64,000 bases of DNA from a virus. The position numbers and the translations under genes are program-made. The notes under the pieces are model-generated. The model searched no databases. It was not told the DNA's origin and saw nothing but the letters and a program-made list of their open reading frames with translations. The stretch is from the IMG/VR virus record IMGVR_UViG_3300032087_003094, positions 10,481 to 74,480 of that record; one strand, given 5' to 3'. Shown piece after piece: positions 57,672 to 64,000 of this stretch. Numbering within the stretch: position 1 is the stretch's first letter; each line of letters starts with the position of its first letter.

Positions 57672-60127
57672 TGGCATATTTTCCAATTGCTAAAATATCA
57701 CCACAATATGACTCCGAAGAGTACGCTAACTGGTGGCTGAAAGCTTACACGCAAGGCACTACAACACCCATCTTGATGGCCTTGGATGCCGGAGGTGTCA
57801 CAACTGTTGCTAAGCTAGAGCTTAATGAGGACGGCTTTATTAATACGTCTGGCGATGCGATTGTAATCCCTTATATTAACGAGGCTTACGACTTATGGCT
57901 GTTTCCAACAGAGGCTGAGGCTGATGCTAATGATACATCTAACGCTATTCAATTGGCTGACAATATAGACCCAAGCAATACAGATAGTGGCAATATCGAT
58001 AAAGACAATATTTCAACCTATACAAATTACGAATTCTTAACTACTGCCGATATGGCTAGCGGCACACTATCAGACGGTAGCACAATAGTAACAATTAAAG
58101 CTGGCGATATTTGCAAAACTAAAGAATTTTCAACCGGTGATGGTGGGGGCGCGACTTATGATGTTATAGCTGGGACAGGAGCGGCCAACGGATACAATAT
58201 TATTGCTCACGATACGCTGAGCTTTAGTTTTGTATTAAGGGTTGATGATACGGTGATTTCAGATCAATTCGGAACAGTTGAGACGGGCGACACCACAGCA
58301 GCAATGCAAGCAGCAATAGACTATGCCGACGCTTTCAATATTGAGTTTGTTGAGGTTTCTGGAAGCTACACGGTAACCAATCTAACTAAGCTAAATACAG
58401 TAAAACTAGTTTCTGTGGATAAACTTTCTACTATAACTATAGGCTCGACAGTGTTCAATGTCCCTTTTAAATACCAAACAAACGGACCCACCAATCTATA
58501 TGTCGCCACAACCGGCTCTGATTCGACCAATTGCGGGTTCGACTCCACTGTTCCATTTGCAACCCCACAAGCAGCGACAAAGTATTTACCAACAAATATA
58601 GCCAACGATACTGTTATAAATTTAGCTGATGGAAGCTACGGGCCAACAGGAGGGCAGGCTGAGTTTGGGCGCCCTGCAATCTTAGATTTATCGATATTTA
58701 ACATTTCAGCGCTTAGAGACTCCAGCTTGCCATTAAATACAAAAGCCGGAAAGTTAATCATTAGAGGTGAAAGTGAGGCAGGAACGATACTTGACGGACA
58801 GAAGGCTGTAGGAACGCATACTGGCTCTAGTGGGGGTAGCGTTCTAATCGACTCAACTAAAAGCTTCACTGTTAATGAGCTTGTCGGTTATTACCTTGTA
58901 AACACTACAGACAACTCCAGCACAACTATAACCGCGAACACAGCCACAACGATAACTGGAACCCTATCAGGTGGCACCGATAATGATTGGGATGCCGGAG
59001 ACTCATATAAAGTTATGGCTAGATATGGCGTTTGGTCTCACGAGTCCCCAGGGGTTCAACTTGAAAACCTAACAGTTAAAAACTGTTACTTTGGAATTAT
59101 GGGGCATCAAAATGACGATATAACCTTAAGAGATGTAACTACTTCAAACTGTGTGTTTGGAAGAGGTATAGAGTCAAACTCCAGAATGGAGGTTTTGAGG
59201 GGTAGCAACGGCACAGCAAGCGAACCCAATACTAGGAATTATTTTATTAAAAACGGCCAACTCCAAGAGAATGACTCCAGCCAAGCCTCATTCACTGAAA
59301 ATGGATTCCTTATTGATGGCGACGCTTGGGTTTACTGTTTAAGAGTTGATATCGACTCAACCGCAAGCAAGAACACAATCAATTCAGCTGGCAAGGTTTG
59401 GATGGAGTTTGAGAATTGCAACATATACGGAGGTGGAAATAGCTTTGTCGAGGGTACTTATACAGAGCTTAAGTTTAGTAACGAGTGTAAAATTGGAGAT
59501 TTCACATCGTCAGTATTTTCCAATGAGGCTGGATATGCTCAAACGGATGGATTGTGCCATTTTTATAATAATAGTTTTTTGGCGTTCATAACTAAAGGTT
59601 CACCAACTTTCAATCTTGATAATTGTGATTCTACCGCTGCGTCTGGAACTCACGATGGATCTGGCAATGCGGCAATCTTAACAGACTCTGGTAAAAGTTG
59701 GATTGTTGATCAATTTGTCGGCTTAACTATTTCCAATACTACAGATGGATCAAGCGCAACCATTACTGCCAACACGGCCACGACAATAACCGGAACATTA
59801 TCTGGCGGAACCGACAATGATTGGGATGTATCAGACGCTTACACCGTCACAGGCGCAAACGCTAACGGCATAAGAATACAAGGCGGAGCCACGTCAGCAC
59901 TAATAGATCCAGACTGCACTATAACCAGCGCAGATAGGATATTATCAAGACCAACCTCTGGCCTTGTGCTAAAAGGCACAGCCGCCCCATCTGACGCGAA
60001 CTCATTTTACGAAAGAGGAACAATAGTGTTGAATGAAGCTGCCGCCGTAGGACAGCCCCAAGGCTGGATATGCACAACAAAAGGATATGGTGGTGTAGCA
60101 GTATTCACAGCAATGCCAAACCTGTAA
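57671..60127 (+). CDS. Tailspike/fibre with beta-helix regions and two inserted ~68-aa domains
   Basis: DTTAAMQAAID, LYVATTGSD..PFAT.Q.A, G..GTILDG; two LSGGTDNDWD copies. Confidence 0.8.
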   Translation: MAYFPIAKISPQYDSEEYANWWLKAYTQGTTTPILMALDAGGVTTVAKLELNEDGFINTSGDAIVIPYINEAYDLWLFPTEAEADANDTSNAIQLADNIDPSNTDSGNIDKDNISTYTNYEFLTTADMASGTLSDGSTIVTIKAGDICKTKEFSTGDGGGATYDVIAGTGAANGYNIIAHDTLSFSFVLRVDDTVISDQFGTVETGDTTAAMQAAIDYADAFNIEFVEVSGSYTVTNLTKLNTVKLVSVDKLSTITIGSTVFNVPFKYQTNGPTNLYVATTGSDSTNCGFDSTVPFATPQAATKYLPTNIANDTVINLADGSYGPTGGQAEFGRPAILDLSIFNISALRDSSLPLNTKAGKLIIRGESEAGTILDGQKAVGTHTGSSGGSVLIDSTKSFTVNELVGYYLVNTTDNSSTTITANTATTITGTLSGGTDNDWDAGDSYKVMARYGVWSHESPGVQLENLTVKNCYFGIMGHQNDDITLRDVTTSNCVFGRGIESNSRMEVLRGSNGTASEPNTRNYFIKNGQLQENDSSQASFTENGFLIDGDAWVYCLRVDIDSTASKNTINSAGKVWMEFENCNIYGGGNSFVEGTYTELKFSNECKIGDFTSSVFSNEAGYAQTDGLCHFYNNSFLAFITKGSPTFNLDNCDSTAASGTHDGSGNAAILTDSGKSWIVDQFVGLTISNTTDGSSATITANTATTITGTLSGGTDNDWDVSDAYTVTGANANGIRIQGGATSALIDPDCTITSADRILSRPTSGLVLKGTAAPSDANSFYERGTIVLNEAAAVGQPQGWICTTKGYGGVAVFTAMPNL

Positions 60128-60130
60128 TCT

Positions 60131-60179
60131 AAACCCGCTCGAAATTAAATTTGACAGCGGGTATTATTTTGCCTATAGT
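60131..60179 (+). promoter_or_regulatory. Late/early boundary hairpin and promoter; copy 2 of the 31-bp repeat
   Basis: TTGACA(60151)-17-TATAGT; 31 bp identical to 25015-25045. Confidence 0.75.
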
Positions 60180-60210
60180 GTTCGTAATCCAATAACAAAG
60201 TAGGTGCAAA

Positions 60211-60417
60211 GTGAACAATACGAGACGTCCAAACAATGTAAGAAAAATTAGGAGAGCGCAAGATTTTACGTTGCAATCCCTGGCTGATATGGTCGGCACT
60301 AGTAAAAGCTATATTCACGATTTAGAGAATGGAAATATTAGAAGTCCATCCCTAGGTAAGGCTAGATTGATAGCTATGAATCTTAATTCAACAGTTGACG
60401 AGGTATTTCCACAATGA
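60211..60417 (+). CDS. XRE/Cro-family HTH regulator
   Basis: TLQSLADMVGTSKSYIHDLENG..PSL. Confidence 0.9.
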   Translation: MNNTRRPNNVRKIRRAQDFTLQSLADMVGTSKSYIHDLENGNIRSPSLGKARLIAMNLNSTVDEVFPQ

Positions 60418-62683
60418 ATAACGAACAAGATAACGCAACAGAAGGTCAAGTAAGCCTACTGTGTTTAGCTGGCATAGGTTTACTGTTTTGGCTGATTGGG
60501 CTTGGTTTAATATGGTTTATAGGGTGGTTAGTGTCATGAGAACTATTCAGAGCAGAATACAGCACTGCAAAAACAGAGTTCCTATCGCGGCGCCAAAGAC
60601 CGAGGAAAGCGCAAAACTTCAAGCTGATGTGGATGCATGGCTAGCGAAGGGTAACGAGATTTACGACGCTGATAAAAAAGAGGCTAATTTTAGGAACGAC
60701 ATTGAAAAATCCAGAGCCTACAAAAAACGCACCAAGCCAGTGCTAAACCTATCTATGTGGCGCTTTAGAGACGAGGATACCATCCTAACCACTAAAGATA
60801 TGGTAAGGGTTTTAGAGTGCTCCAGCGATTGGGTTGTGACCGAATACACTAAAAAGCATCTTATTCCAGCGCCCTACAAAATCAGAGATTTAGATGGGAA
60901 GGTAAAAATAACCAAGCAAAACCACAACGCCAACTATTGGAAGTTAGGCGATTTAATCAAACACAATAAGGAGTTATCGAAATGAATAATGGAGATATGC
61001 CAATAAATGCCACATCGCCAAACAAGCATCAACCAGAATGGGCAGCGGCTAGAGTTGGAGGCCTAACCAAGAGAGAGTATTTCGCAGGGCTGGCCATGCA
61101 GGGCATGCTATCAAGTTCGGATTACGCCACATCCACATGGAATACTGTGGCTATAGAGGCTGTAGAGGTCGCAGACGCACTACTAAAGGAGCTAGAAAAA
61201 TGAGGCAGTCAACTGAACTAAGCAACTTAGTCGCTAAACACCTGCAAGGTCAAGTGCCACCTACAGTAGTTAATGAATTTAACAAGCTAATTGTAAAAAT
61301 GCGTAAAGATGAGTCGACCATTGCGGACGCTGTGGAAAAATTAGAAGTTATCCACAACCCTCAAGTTGGAGTAAATAACTTAAACGACGAAATACTCAAG
61401 GGGAAGCTCTTTGAAATTTAGACTTGAATCGCTCGTAAAGAGCTACAACAAGCCTAAGAAGCACGATATTGAGAAAGATGTAGAAGTTATCGATTTAGAA
61501 GAGAAAACGCCGTCAGAGGCCGATTTCGAGCTTGCTGATGCTATGATAGAGTATTATAGGGAGGAATTATGAAAGATTTGTTACCAGCGTTGATCCTTGT
61601 TTGGCTTGGGGGTTTTTTCTTCGGGGGCGCTGTTTTTGGTGATTTTGAAAAACCCAAGCAGCCTACATGCCAAAGCGAATTCAACCAGAAAGTTAAATCA
61701 ACCAGTATCGAGCATGGTCAAGATATCCCACACAAGGGAAAGCGGCCTAATCGAATAGTAATTGAATGTGAGGGTAGGTAGATGCTATTTAATAACGCTG
61801 CAAAGGGTAGGTTAATGAGCGGATTTGACGCTGAATTTATTGAAGCATCATCTCGCGATCTTGCTAAAAGAGAGATTGAAGACTTCGAGCTTGATTTATT
61901 CAACGCTAAAATTAGATCTATACAGCTTGCAAATTTAAAGAAAAAGGATAACAAACAATGAGCATAGTAGAGTATGATTTTAGCGATGATGAGTTAAATT
62001 TCATTAATTGTGATTCAGATGTAATCCAATTAGAGGCTCTTGGGTATAGCGATTGTTATGATAATGAATGCTTCATTGACATCAGAAAACAAGACGCCAT
62101 AGCTATAGCCAAGCACTTTAACGAGGATAGGGAGTCTCTAGTGGAGGGTATAAAGGAGATGATTTACAAACTTGAAAATAAGACGCGTGGAGGGGTAAGT
62201 TTGCAGGCGTTAATGACTCAGCACTCACAAACAGATGAATTTATTGGCGACCTACAAAAACTAATAACTAAGGAGGAATAGAAGAATGAAAGCCAATATG
62301 ATAGTTAGGATTTTAGGCGCTATAGCGTTGATGTATTTTGTTTATCAAGAGACTGGCTGGGCTACAACTATTTGCTTGTCGTTTATCACTCTTCAGGTTG
62401 AGCTTTCAGAGTATATCAACAAGTTAAGGAGGAATAGAGAGTGAATGATATAGAGTTTATTATCTTGTGGTTTTTGTCTGGATTTTTGCCATTTTTCTTA
62501 TCAGGGATTGTGATGGAATCAAGAAGCCCTAAAATTGATTTTGGGTTGATCTTGCTTTCGATTTTGTCTGGCGGCTTTGGATTTTTATCGTTTTTTTTAT
62601 TCTTCCCAGTATTTATATTTATTTGCTTCCAAAGAGCATTCTTTTTTATTAATGACAGGAGGCTAGACAATAACCAAGAATGA
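60414..62683 (+). CDS. Second mosaic copy of the early small-gene run (60414-60539, 60536-60985, 60982-61203, 61200-61421, 61569-61781, 61958-62281, 62441-62683 and others)
   Basis: Gene-by-gene similarity to 25276-27668 with swaps and insertions. Confidence 0.75.
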
Positions 62684-62698
62684 GGTATAATTAAAAAC

Positions 62699-62844
62699 GC
62701 TGAAATGAGACGCAGCAAAGATTTAAAAACACACAAACAGATAATAGAAAGACTTTAAGAGAACTCAGAAAGCCTAGTTGTAATTCGTTTGTGTGTAACT
62801 AGATCAAGCTTGTCTCAACTGGGTTCCCTTAAGGTCTTTTTTTT
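62699..62844 (+). ncRNA. P4-CI/P1-C4-like antisense/attenuator RNA, copy 2
   Basis: GTTTGTGTGT (62787) pairs with ACACACAAAC (62729); GTCTCA (62812) pairs with TGAGAC (62706); U8. Confidence 0.7.
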
Positions 62845-62866
62845 CGCCTCAAGTTTCCTCAGTAAA

Positions 62867-63370
62867 TAGATGATAAGAATACAACAGCCAGTCCTGGGCA
62901 GCGAACGTGACTTAAAAAGGCCCACTTATATCATCTACAGTTAGCATATCAACGACCACTTGTCACAGATTGGGTTTAAGTCCCTTTTGGAGATAACTGG
63001 CGGGAATATTAATTCCGACGATGCCGTTTCAATAGGCGGCGTTGATATGCTAATTGACAAGTCCTTAAGAATTTAGATTCTTGTTCAGCAGAAATGAAAA
63101 TGAATGCCTATAGCTAAAGGCTTTAAACAGCAAATAACAAACTAATTTTTTCTGTCTCTAAGTTACGACTTTTGAGGGTGAGGATAAAGCAGGTTAATGT
63201 TGACATATTTGCCAATAACACGAGATTTAACAAATCAATAATCGGGCAAGGTCGGGGCGACACCCTAAAAATGTTCTGCATATCGTGAGCTTAGAGAATA
63301 ACAGAGAGAGGGTAAACTAAGTAGATCTTATTATAGGTCAACTCAAACCCTCATTAGACAACCTATAACT
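62867..63370 (+). ncRNA. Tandem stem-closed structured RNA-like domains, copy 2
   Basis: Stems 62867-75/62929-37, 62938-54/63040-56, 63155-68/63283-97. Confidence 0.55.
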
Positions 63371-63391
63371 TAATAACTGGAGAATAGAGGA

Positions 63392-63577
63392 ATGAAAATT
63401 AAAGTAACAGTAAATACAGGCTGGGCAAATTGTGATCATATTGATTATGAAGACCTGCCTAGCGATTGGGAATCACTAACAAGCAAAGAAAAAGGGAACT
63501 ATTTGCACGAAAGCGCGCAAATTATGTTAAATGAGCACTGTCAGGCGTACGCTGAAGTAGTTGACGACGAAGAATAA
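63392..63577 (+). CDS. Small acidic hypothetical protein, absent from copy 1
   Basis: GAGG RBS; lies between the non-coding cluster and the DUF6378-like gene. Confidence 0.7.
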   Translation: MKIKVTVNTGWANCDHIDYEDLPSDWESLTSKEKGNYLHESAQIMLNEHCQAYAEVVDDEE

Positions 63578-63603
63578 ACCCCTATTAACTAAAGGAAAAC
63601 AAT

Positions 63604-63861
63604 ATGAAAGTAGAAGAAACGCTGAAAGAGCGAGGTGAGCGATACGGTAGTTTTGATGGTTATGCTATGCAGTTGGAAGCATTGAAAAATGCGGTTGACT
63701 TGGAGGCTTCATGCCTTAATTGCGTTCACAAAGCCGGAATGGAGATGATATTAACTAAGATAGCTAGGATTATGAATGGCGATCCTGATTATGTTGACAA
63801 TTGGCATGATATAGCTGGATATGCAACATTGGTAGAAAGAGATATTGAAAAGAATTTTTAA
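63604..63861 (+). CDS. DUF6378-like protein, copy 2
   Basis: Differs from 28371-28628 at 2 of 85 residues. Confidence 0.85.
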   Translation: MKVEETLKERGERYGSFDGYAMQLEALKNAVDLEASCLNCVHKAGMEMILTKIARIMNGDPDYVDNWHDIAGYATLVERDIEKNF

Positions 63862-63880
63862 CTAAATAGGAGGTAAGAGA

Positions 63881-64000
63881 GTGATAGCAAACGTAATGGT
63901 AAAAAAGAATATTGATGTTAAGCACCTAAAGGTTTCGGCGAATGTTCGATATTGGGGAGATTCAGAAATTAACGGCGAAATGTCAGATGATGAAGGTGAG
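63881..64000 (+). CDS. 3'-truncated homologue of 28648-29073
   Basis: Nearly identical DNA to 28648 onward. Confidence 0.8.
   Translation, partial: MIANVMVKKNIDVKHLKVSANVRYWGDSEINGEMSDDEGE

Noticed and set aside
2002-59591. Most minus-strand and nested ORFs in the track (e.g. 13339, 19708, 23471, 44873, 55997)
   Set aside because: They lie inside well-supported genes with no evident RBS or motifs; only 21045-21278 and the unlisted 31049-31219 have minus-strand signals.
58811-59849. Diversity-generating retroelement TR/VR pair from the repeated domain
   Set aside because: No reverse transcriptase in the window, all copies are coding, and differences are not adenine-specific.

Overview
The whole window is tailed-phage DNA (about 40% GC by eye, almost all genes on the + strand). 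I see no host genes, integrase, CI-type repressor, polymerase, tRNA or CRISPR. It reads as two related podovirus-type genomes joined head to tail, with a period of about 35.1 kb marked by an exact 31-bp boundary repeat at 25015 and 60131. Layout: fibre-like genes and late module A (P22-like TerL, portal, scaffold, coat, gp4, gp10, ejection proteins, tailspikes; 1-24986), early/recombination/nin region (25015-37000), lysis and fibre-like cluster (37383-42033), late module B with a different head family (PBSX-type TerL, different portal, SU10/DUF5309-like capsid; 42669-60127), then a second mosaic copy of the early region (60131 to the end). The two copies allow internal comparison. Main observations: (1) a ~700-nt non-coding cluster of stem-closed RNA-like domains, led by a P4-CI/P1-C4-like hairpin whose loop and bulge co-vary with upstream targets between the two copies; (2) two more hairpin-plus-cognate-target elements; (3) a ~68-aa domain inserted in frame four times into three unrelated virion-type proteins, with an empty-site homologue in the window; (4) an array of small genes each opened by the same 21-bp RBS/start repeat; (5) an HNH domain inside YopX, a sulfotransferase-like plus hydroxylase pair at the position of the gp14-like GNAT, and several gene lesions. 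Family names come from motif recognition and synteny, not database searches. An assembly chimera cannot be excluded.
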